64,000 nucleotides of DNA from a virus. This document shows, one piece after another, positions 25,806 through 34,351 of the stretch; within the stretch, counting starts at the first letter, position 1; every line of letters begins with the position of its first letter. The notes under the pieces are model-generated. The model was given only the letters and a program-made list of their open reading frames with translations, ran no database searches and was not told the origin of the DNA. The stretch spans positions 1-64,000 of IMG/VR virus record IMGVR_UViG_3300045988_092551; one strand, written 5' to 3'. The translations under genes and the position numbers were made by a program.

Positions 25806-26009
25806 ATGGCAGAATTTAAAGTTGGAGAAAGATTTATTCTTCCAGATGGCGATGATGGACATTTGATTGAAGTTCAAGAACGAGACCGTCATTCTTTATG
25901 TGATGGATGTTTTTTTAATGATTTCACCTGTATGAATAGAGGATTTGGATATTGTGATTTTGAGAGACGCTCAGACCATAAAAGTGTAATCTTTAAAGAA
26001 GTAAAGTAA
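25806..26009 (+). CDS. small Cys-rich protein (CDGCFF family, copy 2)
   Basis: 'SLCDGCFFNDFTCMNRGFGYCDFERRSDHKSVIFKEVK' aligns with the 23315 ORF. Confidence 0.45.
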   Translation: MAEFKVGERFILPDGDDGHLIEVQERDRHSLCDGCFFNDFTCMNRGFGYCDFERRSDHKSVIFKEVK

Positions 26010-26014
26010 AGCGT

Positions 26015-26542
26015 ATGGATAAGTTAGAATATATTCCAGGAGATTTGGTGATGACAAACGGAGTACCGCTAGGTACTGCCAAAGATGTTGTTTACCGAGT
26101 AACATCATCAGACCCAACAAAGACTTTGGAGTTGGATGATGGAACAGTGCTGAAAGGTGTTGTATGCTTAGAGAACATCGAAGGTGCGGAATTTGGAGAT
26201 AAAGGCTATCTCTCAGGTGACTGCTGTGCTTGGGTTAAGGATATTGTTCCTATTAATCTTGTTCCCGCAATTTTGGAGAAGAATGGATGGGATAAATCCA
26301 CAGCATGGTCTTACGTTGGCAGTGGAAAGCGTGGCTATCAGTTTTCCAAGGAACTAGATGATAAATGGGTTGAACTTGATAGAATGACTTATGGTGACTT
26401 ACAAATCTGTCAATGTGAAAATCTTAGAGATTGGAGCTATATAAATGAATGCAATCACTATTTTCATTTTGAATTTACCTATGTTCACGAACTCCAACAT
26501 TTATTATATGCCTTGCATATAGATAGTAACTTAAAAATATAA
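26015..26542 (+). CDS. hypothetical protein
   Basis: 175-aa ORF. Confidence 0.45.
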   Translation: MDKLEYIPGDLVMTNGVPLGTAKDVVYRVTSSDPTKTLELDDGTVLKGVVCLENIEGAEFGDKGYLSGDCCAWVKDIVPINLVPAILEKNGWDKSTAWSYVGSGKRGYQFSKELDDKWVELDRMTYGDLQICQCENLRDWSYINECNHYFHFEFTYVHELQHLLYALHIDSNLKI

Positions 26543-26546
26543 TGAT

Positions 26547-26669
26547 ATGACAGAAGAAGAGGCAAGAAGAAGAGACGAAGAAGCTGGGCTAGGATGCGCT
26601 ATATGGGGAATTATAATAATATTTTCTATCATTGGTAGTGCTATCTTAACATATATTATTAATAACTAA
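26547..26669 (+). CDS. possible 40-aa membrane peptide
   Basis: MTEEEARRRDEEAGLGCAIWGIIIIFSIIGSAILTYIINN. Below the track's size cutoff. Confidence 0.25.
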   Translation: MTEEEARRRDEEAGLGCAIWGIIIIFSIIGSAILTYIINN

Positions 26670-26694
26670 CGCCTTCGGGTATAATTTTAAAGAT

Positions 26695-26931
26695 ATGACA
26701 AAAGAAGAATTAAAAGTAAAGGTTGCCAAGCAACAAAGTATTATCAATGATGCTAACAATCAGATTTGTTCTGATGTGAAGGAGTACATCGAAACTCTAC
26801 CATACAAGGTTGGTGATAAAATCGTGCAATTCCACCTTGAAACAAGTGACAACATCATGCTTATAAAGACGGATGAATTAAACAAAACAGAGCGCGGCGA
26901 CAATGGCTACGGCTCTTCTGACAAAAAGTAA
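26695..26931 (+). CDS. hypothetical protein
   Basis: 78-aa ORF. Confidence 0.4.
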   Translation: MTKEELKVKVAKQQSIINDANNQICSDVKEYIETLPYKVGDKIVQFHLETSDNIMLIKTDELNKTERGDNGYGSSDKK

Positions 26932-26932
26932 T

Positions 26933-27565
26933 ATGAACGTACTCACAGACGAACAGAAAAATTACATAAAGGAGCATCCGGATGAATCTCCATACGCAAT
27001 GTCTAGGAAATTCGGATGCGCTGTGCAGACCGTATACTGGTGGCTGCATAAGTTACACGGAGACTCGTTTAAGGATGCGCGGGAAAGACGCAGGAACGAA
27101 ATCCATGAGTCTGTCCGCAATATGTATCCAGAAATGTCTTCGTCTGAGATCTCAAAGGTGCTCGGAATAACGAAGTCCTGCGTTGCTAATATAGCAAAAT
27201 CACTCGGTGTCACACATACCAGGGAAACTGAAGAAAGGCTTAGGCTGAAATGCGCTCAGGCAATAGTAAGACCTGAGATAATAGCTAAACGTTCAGAATC
27301 TCTAAAAAAGACGCTGAGGCTTGATAGATACAGAGCAGCGAACGGAATTAAACAGAAGACACGACGCAAGTTCAAGACGATTCCGAGCAGATGCCTATGC
27401 GCTAGGAACTACCTGTGCAACAAGTACAACTACTTCTACGACAAGGACTACGGAGAGCTGCTGACTATATTCTACGACAGTGAAACGAGAATGCTGACCG
27501 AAGATCAGCAGAAACATTATGAGAAGAAGTATGGTATCAAGTTCCTCCAGGGAGCTGAAGAATAA
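26933..27565 (+). CDS. DNA-binding protein with two HTH-like segments (start at ATG 26933)
   Basis: 'SPYAMSRKFGCAVQTVYWWLHKL' and 'SSSEISKVLGITKSCVANIAKSLGV'. Last gene of the rightward block. Confidence 0.5.
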   Translation: MNVLTDEQKNYIKEHPDESPYAMSRKFGCAVQTVYWWLHKLHGDSFKDARERRRNEIHESVRNMYPEMSSSEISKVLGITKSCVANIAKSLGVTHTRETEERLRLKCAQAIVRPEIIAKRSESLKKTLRLDRYRAANGIKQKTRRKFKTIPSRCLCARNYLCNKYNYFYDKDYGELLTIFYDSETRMLTEDQQKHYEKKYGIKFLQGAEE

Positions 27566-27592
27566 TTTCTGTGCATTATTATCTATATGTTT

Positions 27593-27628
27593 AGAGGCGG
27601 CTATCCATCACGGACGGTCGCCTCTTTT
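27593..27628. terminator. bidirectional terminator between convergent early and late blocks
   Basis: 7-bp stem agaggcg/cgcctct followed by TTTT. Lies between the + stop at 27565 and the - stop at 27682. Confidence 0.5.
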
Positions 27629-27681
27629 CATTTAAACTAATAAATAAACATTAACTAAACCAAATGTTATGAAAAGAAAAC

Positions 27682-28278
27682 TTAAGAATGTTTATGTAAT
27701 TTTACCTTGCGGTATATCCAACCAATAAATGCGAGAATACCCATGAAAAGACAAACTGATGCTATCTTACCTATTTTCAAGAAAGCTCTGTCGGTCTTTG
27801 ATAGTTGCTTCTCGACATATACTTTATCTTTCGATATTTCGTTTATCACCGACATCAAGGAGTCACACTTACTGTGATATATCGACGTGCTATCCTTGTA
27901 TTCTTTGAGGATCGAAATACTGTCTCTCAGTATCTGTACGTCTTCATGTGATATTTCGTGATATTCGTAGTGAAATCTGTCTTCTCCAACTTTGTTACCA
28001 TTGGCATCATACTTGGATGCTGTGCTATCTTTGACGTGCGTCTTTTCCTTTGTGGTTGACTTCACGGATTCCTTGTGAGATGCTTTATATAACTCCAACT
28101 CTTTAATAAGCCTTGCGTTAAAGAGTGAATCCCACTTGGCATCATTGCGCTTGTCAGTGATGTACGTCTGTTTCTCTACCAGTCGTTCTTTAGCCTTGCA
28201 TCTACAGAACATTGATAGAATCAGCATCGCTACTGCAATGGTAATTACAACCTTTGTTATCTTACCTATCAGTTTCAT
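27682..28278 (-). CDS. membrane protein with N-terminal signal/Cys and C-terminal TM (unimolecular-spanin-like architecture)
   Basis: 'VVITIAVAMLILSMFCRC' at the N-terminus, 'IASVCLFMGILAFIGWIY' at the C-terminus. Last gene of the lysis cassette. Confidence 0.4.
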   Translation of the reverse strand: MKLIGKITKVVITIAVAMLILSMFCRCKAKERLVEKQTYITDKRNDAKWDSLFNARLIKELELYKASHKESVKSTTKEKTHVKDSTASKYDANGNKVGEDRFHYEYHEISHEDVQILRDSISILKEYKDSTSIYHSKCDSLMSVINEISKDKVYVEKQLSKTDRAFLKIGKIASVCLFMGILAFIGWIYRKVKLHKHS

Positions 28279-28281
28279 AAG

Positions 28282-28716
28282 CTACTGAATTACAATCGTT
28301 ACTTTTTCCTTTTTATCCCAAGCCGTTTTCATTGCCTGAATGAGCTTGTTTGTCCAGAATCGAGAATCGCTAACCCAACCTTTCTTGTTATTTTTCCCCA
28401 CTAAGATACAGCCCAGTGTGTCTTTTGCAGAGTTACCGGAATGAATACGGATGCCATCGAACCCTGGCACATCCTTTAATAATGGGAGCATCTTCTTGAA
28501 TCTGTTAGAGTAGGTATATACGCATTCATAGCTGCCGCTTGGTATTGCAGTCTGCCCATAAACCTTTTTCTTCTTGATTTCGCACAAATCCATTCTTTGG
28601 TTCAATCCTCTGTCTGTATCTTCAAGGGTATTGCAGCCAAACAAATTGCCATTCACGAACAGACGACTAATAGTATAGCCATCCTTTTTCCAAGCCCTAT
28701 CAATTAGTACTTCCAT
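28282..28716 (-). CDS. putative endolysin / cell-wall enzyme (YkuD-like, DUF5675-like)
   Basis: 'GIRIHSGNSAKDTLGCILVG' resembles the H...GC catalytic motif of YkuD-fold enzymes. Start moved to 'MEVLIDR'. Confidence 0.45.
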   Translation of the reverse strand: MEVLIDRAWKKDGYTISRLFVNGNLFGCNTLEDTDRGLNQRMDLCEIKKKKVYGQTAIPSGSYECVYTYSNRFKKMLPLLKDVPGFDGIRIHSGNSAKDTLGCILVGKNNKKGWVSDSRFWTNKLIQAMKTAWDKKEKVTIVIQ

Positions 28717-29215
28717 TTTTGTTTTCCTCCTCTTTTTTATCAAACTCCTGATTCAATCTCTCCAATATCGGTCTCCAATAACTCGGCAATGCCTTCGCAA
28801 ACTCAAACCTGAGAATGTAATAAATAACTCTGAATGCGACATTCTTAGGGTATGCCTTAATGAGATTTTTGAACGCATTGCATATATACACATAGCAGAA
28901 TATGTACGTAAGCATCTTAATTGCAAATAAAGCTTCCGTGCCATCATTACAACCTAACATGATGCCGTATATCACATAGACGATAGCTACATAGAGCAAC
29001 ATTTCCAAAATTGCGTTCTTGAACTTCGATACAGAAAAGTTCTTGCATCGTACAACACTCACGCCGTCAGCTCTCATACCACAGAAGATATTGAAGCCAA
29101 AGGCAATAATCAACGCCAAGACAAAACCTTCTGTTGGCGTCGCAAAGGCAAGTATAGCGGAGAAAATAGTAACCCCTATCTGCCGAATCTGTGAAGAATC
29201 TAATAAATCTGTCAT
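28700..29215 (-). CDS. holin-like multi-pass membrane protein
   Basis: 171 aa with about four hydrophobic helices. Overlaps the start of the endolysin-like gene. Confidence 0.45.
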   Translation of the reverse strand: MTDLLDSSQIRQIGVTIFSAILAFATPTEGFVLALIIAFGFNIFCGMRADGVSVVRCKNFSVSKFKNAILEMLLYVAIVYVIYGIMLGCNDGTEALFAIKMLTYIFCYVYICNAFKNLIKAYPKNVAFRVIYYILRFEFAKALPSYWRPILERLNQEFDKKEEENKNGSTN

Positions 29216-29265
29216 AATCTGTTATCCTGAATAATTAATAAAAATAAAGTTTCGGTCTCTTTCTG

Positions 29266-29273
29266 CAAAGATA
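29266..29273 (-). promoter_or_regulatory. -7 box TAtcTTTG upstream of the holin-like gene
   Basis: Plus-strand caaagata. Lies inside the loop of the 9-bp helix 29247-29255/29284-29292. Confidence 0.4.
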
Positions 29274-29312
29274 GCAAAAAAAACCGAAACTTCATTCAGA
29301 ATAACGAAAAAA

Positions 29313-29741
29313 TCATATATTCAGATCATAATATGGCATTCCTCCGTTTTCCAGGAAAGAAACGCATTCGTCGAAAATCTTACGTTCGTAGTCGAGCGCA
29401 TTGATTTTCGGAAACCATTTCTTAATCTTTGCGTCATTGCGTTTAACCATTTCGCCCCAAAGAACGCACCAGTCTTCGAGATTGATGTTGTCATTCTTGA
29501 CTTCGTGCCAGTAGTCTTTTGCAACATCTTTTGTGTGGAGCTGGTTAATGAGGCAAAGATGCATATCTGCCATTTCTTCGTCATAATGACATGCGCCAAT
29601 TTCTCCCTTGACCTGCTTCATCATATCAAGCATTACGCTGTCATTCATTCCCACTTCGCAACAATCTGCCATTATTGTGACACAGTTCTTGATAGCCTGT
29701 ATGTCATTGCTAGCTATAATGTCTTCGAATACCTTTTTCAT
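29313..29741 (-). CDS. hypothetical protein
   Basis: 142-aa ORF. Confidence 0.45.
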   Translation of the reverse strand: MKKVFEDIIASNDIQAIKNCVTIMADCCEVGMNDSVMLDMMKQVKGEIGACHYDEEMADMHLCLINQLHTKDVAKDYWHEVKNDNINLEDWCVLWGEMVKRNDAKIKKWFPKINALDYERKIFDECVSFLENGGMPYYDLNI

Positions 29742-29759
29742 AACCGTATATTTTTGATG

Positions 29760-30266
29760 CTACTTCAGAAAATACTCTCTGATATCGTACACGCCATCCT
29801 TATCTTTCAACAAGTCGAGTGCAAGGCTGTGGGCGTACTTAACCAGATGCTCAGTACCAATGTCCTTCACGTCTTCCTTGCCGAGTATCTTTGCGATGGT
29901 GCATCCGTGATCGCTTACGACCTGGTTCATGGCAACGTACAAAGCGTAGTCGTTGTAATAAGGTTTCTCCTCTGTTGCAAGTCCGAGACCGGTCATAGCA
30001 TTGAGCCATGTCTGCATATCCCAGGTTACAGGTGGATTCATACCGTTTACAATCTCAGAAGCCTCCTTCTTGGTGAGATAGTTCTTCCACTTGATAGCGC
30101 ACAGCTTATCAAGATATTCTTGCGCCAACTCAGGGTGCTTCGATGCCATATCCTTCATCATGCAGCGCATCGTGTTACCGAATACGTGCATATACTTTAC
30201 GTTTGCTGATGATGCCATCATTCCATACAGCTCATCAAATTTACTCATAATCTCTTTTGCTTCCAT
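29760..30266 (-). CDS. hypothetical protein
   Basis: 168-aa ORF. Confidence 0.45.
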   Translation of the reverse strand: MEAKEIMSKFDELYGMMASSANVKYMHVFGNTMRCMMKDMASKHPELAQEYLDKLCAIKWKNYLTKKEASEIVNGMNPPVTWDMQTWLNAMTGLGLATEEKPYYNDYALYVAMNQVVSDHGCTIAKILGKEDVKDIGTEHLVKYAHSLALDLLKDKDGVYDIREYFLK

Positions 30267-30279
30267 ATCTTATATATTT

Positions 30280-30711
30280 TTAAGCTATTATCAAATCTTT
30301 CAACTCTACAAAGTCCTCCTCTGTGAAGTTGATGCTTCGCTTGCTTCCAAAGAGGATAGCAGTAGCAATTCCATCTGGCAGGTCAATAGACACAACTCCT
30401 TTGTCGATATGTCCGTGAATTAAACCTACATCGAATTTGTAATCTTCCACGGATTTTAGCATCTGCATCATATCTTCAAATATCGTGTTGGCATCTATGT
30501 TGCCGTCTTCATCAGCAATGAATAGGGTAGCGTTGTCAATACTCTTTCCCCAACTATCCTTGTGCTTTGCGATGATGTTATGTGAAGCTCGCTTCATATA
30601 CACGGAAGGGATAGCTAGCGCAGGGTTCTCCTTCACCATATCACTTATTCTAGCATCTGCCCACAAATCAAGCGATGTAAGCAGTTTCTCTTTAAGTTCT
30701 GTTACGTTCAT
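30280..30711 (-). CDS. hypothetical protein
   Basis: 143-aa ORF. Confidence 0.45.
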   Translation of the reverse strand: MNVTELKEKLLTSLDLWADARISDMVKENPALAIPSVYMKRASHNIIAKHKDSWGKSIDNATLFIADEDGNIDANTIFEDMMQMLKSVEDYKFDVGLIHGHIDKGVVSIDLPDGIATAILFGSKRSINFTEEDFVELKDLIIA

Positions 30712-31208
30712 TTCTTAGTTTCTCCTTTCTTTGTCTTATTGTACCAAACAAGATATTCTTGCCAAGTTTTATCGCTATGATTAGTCATATAATCGTTGAG
30801 CATAGCAGATTTCTGTTCTTCTGCTTGCGCTACTTCTTTTCTCAGTCGTTGCATCAGAGATAGGTGCTTCTTCAATGCTTCCTGTCCTTGCTGAGTGCTT
30901 TCAATACGAGGGCGTATGATGCGCAATTCCTCATCTTGTACTAGCTTAGAGACATATTGCAAGCTATTAACGTATTCCTGATTCTGCATCAAGTACTGAC
31001 GTTGCGCCCCTGTAAGATTGTCTTCAATCTTGTCGATTTCATCCCATAAAGGGGTGGAAGACTGCTGTGCTTGCATGTTGATAGATGCTCGCTTCTGTTG
31101 TATTGCTTCGTACATCTTCTGTAGCTCGGCATCCATCATCTGCGGCTGCTGCTGATTTGTACCCATATCCAATAATGGGCTGTTACCAAAATTCATCATA
31201 ACAATCAA
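30708..31208 (-). CDS. hypothetical Q-rich coiled-coil protein
   Basis: 166-aa ORF with ATGA overlap to the downstream gene. Confidence 0.45.
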   Translation of the reverse strand: MIVMMNFGNSPLLDMGTNQQQPQMMDAELQKMYEAIQQKRASINMQAQQSSTPLWDEIDKIEDNLTGAQRQYLMQNQEYVNSLQYVSKLVQDEELRIIRPRIESTQQGQEALKKHLSLMQRLRKEVAQAEEQKSAMLNDYMTNHSDKTWQEYLVWYNKTKKGETKK

Positions 31209-31324
31209 ATATCTTTAAAGTTGGTGATATATTATAGAGAGGTGAGAGGGCATCCACCAACGAGGGCAAACGCCCCTCACCAACTCATTTTTTCTTAGTC
31301 TTTTTTACGGACTTTCTTGCTCTG

Positions 31325-31942
31325 TTACGCTCCTGTAGTGGGAGTGGAAGGAGCAGTACCGTTACAGCAATAGCTGCCGTAGCCCGAAATTACTGGCGTA
31401 GATGGGAGTATCAACTGACCACGCAAGCAATTGCATGTCTTTTCGTTAACGTAAGCCATCATCAGCTTCTCCTTGTAAGGAGTAAGAGCCTCCATCACGG
31501 CTACCTTCTTGTCAAGGTCGCTATACTTAGCCTGTAGTGCGTCATACTGGTCTCTCTGATTCTTGTACAAACCAAAGTCAGCATCAATCTGAGACTTATA
31601 CAAACCGAACTCAGCCTGCATTGCACGGCGGTTCTCAGCGTTGATAGCATCTACCTGCGACTTGTAAAGACCGAATTTCTCGGCAACATCTGTCTCACGC
31701 ATAGCATAGAACTTGTTAGCGGTGTCGAGCTTCAAACCGAACATGTCGGTAAGCAACTTCACCTCGTCAGCACATTCCTTCTCCATTACCTGTAAGGCGG
31801 TTGGCTGATTGGAACTTGAATTAGCTCCGTAGGTATTGATGTTCACGTTCTCAGGCATATTGCTGCCGAGTGAACCGAATACGCTGCGGTTATTACCGCC
31901 AAGCAACCAAGCACCAGCACCGAGTGCTGTGCCAATAATCAC
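31325..31942 (-). CDS. hypothetical protein with Gly-zipper N-terminus and FGLYK(S/N)Q repeats
   Basis: 205 aa, GTG start. Has three 'FGLYKSQ(V/I)DA'-type repeats. Confidence 0.45.
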   Translation of the reverse strand: MIIGTALGAGAWLLGGNNRSVFGSLGSNMPENVNINTYGANSSSNQPTALQVMEKECADEVKLLTDMFGLKLDTANKFYAMRETDVAEKFGLYKSQVDAINAENRRAMQAEFGLYKSQIDADFGLYKNQRDQYDALQAKYSDLDKKVAVMEALTPYKEKLMMAYVNEKTCNCLRGQLILPSTPVISGYGSYCCNGTAPSTPTTGA

Positions 31943-32093
31943 TAACTTTCGATAAGGTACGCAACCACCTTACCCGTTCTCTAATGAACTGCTGTATGTT
32001 ACCATACAGATAAGACTATATCTTTATCTCTCACGAGATACTCTCCATTTCCACTCGCTTGAGTGTACTCCCTTTCGGGATAGTCGTTGAACC

Positions 32094-32549
32094 TTATTGT
32101 GCATATTTCCATTTGTAACCTTTGCATGTAATGTAATGCCTACCAGATGGAGATACATAACCTCTACATACCTTTACAATTTCGGAGTTTAATTTTGAAT
32201 TACCTAGACTTTCTCCAGCTTCTAAAGCGGAATTAAACCTTTTCAAAACTTCTCCACTTGCCGCATCTATCTGCAAAACAGGCTTACTATTTGCTGTAGA
32301 TATAGCATTTTTAGCTTTATTCGTATGCTTTTTGTTGAAAAAAGGATTTTTGCTTCCTTTTCTTTCTTTGGCACACTTACTCAGTATAGCTTTTTGCTTA
32401 TCGGATAGATGTTTACCATACATAGGTGCTCTCTCTCCAGTTCTATTCTTGGCTAACTCACTAAGGTAAGCCCTCATGTCTTCTGAATGCTTTTTTCCTT
32501 TAAAAGGATTGCTATGACTTTTATAGTAATCTTTGAGGTGATTTATCAT
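32094..32549 (-). CDS. homing-endonuclease DNA-binding half (NUMOD3 repeats plus C-terminal HTH-like domain)
   Basis: 'NPFKGKKHSEDMRAYLS', 'APMYGKHLSDKQKAILS', 'NPFFNKKHTNKAKNAIS' are NUMOD3-type repeats as found in I-TevI-like enzymes. Confidence 0.7.
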   Translation of the reverse strand: MINHLKDYYKSHSNPFKGKKHSEDMRAYLSELAKNRTGERAPMYGKHLSDKQKAILSKCAKERKGSKNPFFNKKHTNKAKNAISTANSKPVLQIDAASGEVLKRFNSALEAGESLGNSKLNSEIVKVCRGYVSPSGRHYITCKGYKWKYAQ

Positions 32550-32567
32550 ATTTTCTTTAGATTTTCC

Positions 32568-32888
32568 TTATAATGTATGACCCCTAACACCTTCTCCGCC
32601 TAAAGTCATATTATACCCATTTCTGTAAGAATCATACTTCTCTATGAAATACGATTCTTTTTCATTAAGAACGGGAATAGCATCCTCTTTAGAATCAAAA
32701 TCATCCGAGAAAAGCACTTCGTACTTAAAATTATGTACTCCATATTTGCGTATAGCATTATCAAAGCGAGTTCCGCTGTAGCAACAGTTATTGAAAAAAC
32801 ATCTTCTTCTATGTTTCTCATCTGTTGTCTGACCTACATAGGACTTTCTCGATGGGGATTCGTACCTATAAATTATACCTTTTACCAT
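32568..32888 (-). CDS. GIY-YIG nuclease catalytic half
   Basis: 'GIIYRYESPSRKSYVGQT' (GIY...YVG), 'R...FDNAIRKYG', 'E.YFIEKYDS...GYNMTLGGEG'. Confidence 0.8.
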   Translation of the reverse strand: MVKGIIYRYESPSRKSYVGQTTDEKHRRRCFFNNCCYSGTRFDNAIRKYGVHNFKYEVLFSDDFDSKEDAIPVLNEKESYFIEKYDSYRNGYNMTLGGEGVRGHTL

Positions 32889-32892
32889 ACTG

Positions 32893-32900
32893 CAAAGTTA
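32893..32900 (-). promoter_or_regulatory. -7 box TAacTTTG abutting the GIY-YIG start codon
   Basis: Plus-strand caaagtta, 4 nt from the ATG at 32888. Implies a leaderless or near-leaderless transcript. Confidence 0.35.
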
Positions 32901-32991
32901 CAAAAAATATTTCAAAGAACGCACAATCTTGGCTGCTGATTGTCCTGTTTTTTAAGGAGTTCCCAGCAATTAAGAGAGTTTATACTGAGCA

Positions 32992-33111
32992 TTATTTTTG
33001 TTTACCCAGTGTCAAGCCAGCATTACCTGTTGCCTTAGAAGCATAATCATCGTGCTTCTTTCCCTCTTCGTAGATTTTCTTCTCTACGACCTTTGCATCT
33101 GTCATTTCCAT
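32992..33111 (-). CDS. possible 39-aa ORF
   Basis: MEMTDAKVVEKKIYEEGKKHDDYASKATGNAGLTLGKQK. Downstream of the -7 box at 33170. Confidence 0.25.
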   Translation of the reverse strand: MEMTDAKVVEKKIYEEGKKHDDYASKATGNAGLTLGKQK

Positions 33112-33169
33112 GATACAATCTTTTTAAGTTATTCTTATATTAACTAACACTATTGTAACGTTACGGATG

Positions 33170-33177
33170 CAAAGGTA
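33170..33177 (-). promoter_or_regulatory. -7 box TAccTTTG
   Basis: Plus-strand caaaggta. Confidence 0.4.
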
Positions 33178-33273
33178 CGAAGAAAAGGGGAGAGCAAATA
33201 TAACTCTATCACACTTTCTTTTATTGCTTGATTATCAGTGATTTAAGGTGATAGGAGGTAGTATCATAAATAA

Positions 33274-33305
33274 CAAAAAAAAGAGAGGCAATCACTTACC
33301 TCTCT
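33274..33305 (-). terminator. Rho-independent terminator ending the moron cassette
   Basis: On the minus strand: stem agagagg/cctctct followed by T8. The stem overlaps the last codons of the 33292 gene. Confidence 0.6.
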
Positions 33306-33636
33306 TACTCTTAATGAAGTGCAGAATATCCCACTTCTTCCAATACCTAGTGTGCCCACGCTTCTTGCACTCGCCGTTCGGAATATCACCCCTAGCCACC
33401 ATCCTGTTAAGGGTAGCATCAGAAACTCGCAATTTTTCCTTGACCTCCTCGGTGCTCAACATAGGGTTGAGAGCATACGGCAGATAGTTCTCACAAAGGT
33501 CTTCTATCTCATCGCTACTCATTCCGCAAGCAGTTACCTTCTCCCCTCTCTTCTCTTGCTCGTCTGCTCGAAAACAAGAATCCGATAACGATTTTAATAA
33601 CACTCCCAAGGTGTGATAACCAAATAACTTTCCCAT
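33292..33636 (-). CDS. HTH DNA-binding protein (excisionase/AlpA-like C-terminus)
   Basis: 'LRVSDATLNRMVARGDIPNGECKKRGHTRYWKKWDILHFIKS'. Confidence 0.55.
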   Translation of the reverse strand: MGKLFGYHTLGVLLKSLSDSCFRADEQEKRGEKVTACGMSSDEIEDLCENYLPYALNPMLSTEEVKEKLRVSDATLNRMVARGDIPNGECKKRGHTRYWKKWDILHFIKSKRGK

Positions 33637-33640
33637 ATCA

Positions 33641-34192
33641 TTATAATCTAGAGATTAAACTTTGACAGCCCTTGCCTGAGAAATACTTATCGGCAAAACC
33701 ATATACATAAAATATAATGGTCATTACAAGTATTACAACATTAGCTTCCACCATTTCGTTGGTGGTAAAAACATTCCAGTATACGATATGAATAGCATTT
33801 ATCCCAAATAGGTAGATTATCATCGGAATACGCCATCTGTAGCAGAGCCAAAAGAATCTGCTCGCAAGTATAAGCACAAGCGGATGGATGTAAACAGAGA
33901 AATAGATAAATGCTGCCGATACCCAATTCTCCCTAAACCATACGCACATTTCTTTTTCATGAGACGCAAATGTTACCATGCATGCAATATGAAAAAGCAT
34001 GATAAACAGAGGCATCACTTCACAATAATACTTAAACCAAGTGAGTAGCTTTATGCTGTAGCCTCTACCTGCAAGGATAATGACGTTTATAATTTCGCTA
34101 ACGTCCATGTCCTTAAACATTACTCTTGACAACTGTACAACACCGACTGATTGAACTAACCGATGGACTTCGTCTTTTTGTTCTTCTGTCAT
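33641..34192 (-). CDS. multi-pass membrane protein
   Basis: 183 aa with at least five hydrophobic helices. Has its own promoter box at 34258. Confidence 0.45.
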   Translation of the reverse strand: MTEEQKDEVHRLVQSVGVVQLSRVMFKDMDVSEIINVIILAGRGYSIKLLTWFKYYCEVMPLFIMLFHIACMVTFASHEKEMCVWFRENWVSAAFIYFSVYIHPLVLILASRFFWLCYRWRIPMIIYLFGINAIHIVYWNVFTTNEMVEANVVILVMTIIFYVYGFADKYFSGKGCQSLISRL

Positions 34193-34257
34193 TGAAATAC
34201 CTCCTTTTGTCTATAGTTAATTGTTCATAATTCGTTGATTTAAATTAAATGATGGTG

Positions 34258-34265
34258 CAAAGATA
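34258..34265 (-). promoter_or_regulatory. -7 box TAtcTTTG
   Basis: Plus-strand caaagata, 66 nt upstream of the ATG at 34192. Confidence 0.45.
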
Positions 34266-34351
34266 CCCTTTTCCGCACAAAATTAACGAAAATGAGAATA
34301 TTTTTGTGTTAAACTTTACAAAAAGTAACAATCTGAAAGTTTTTGCTAGCA

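Larger units (their letters stand above)
32094..32888 (-). mobile_element. free-standing GIY-YIG homing endonuclease gene, split by a single in-frame TAA
   Basis: Both halves are in the same frame (32888 and 32549 both give 2 mod 3). They are separated by TAA plus six sense codons (GKSKEN). The -7 box TAacTTTG lies at 32893-32900. Confidence 0.7.

Noticed and set aside
29505-30209. 234-aa plus-strand ORF
   Set aside because: It spans two well-formed minus-strand genes and their intergenic gap. Its composition is shadow-like.
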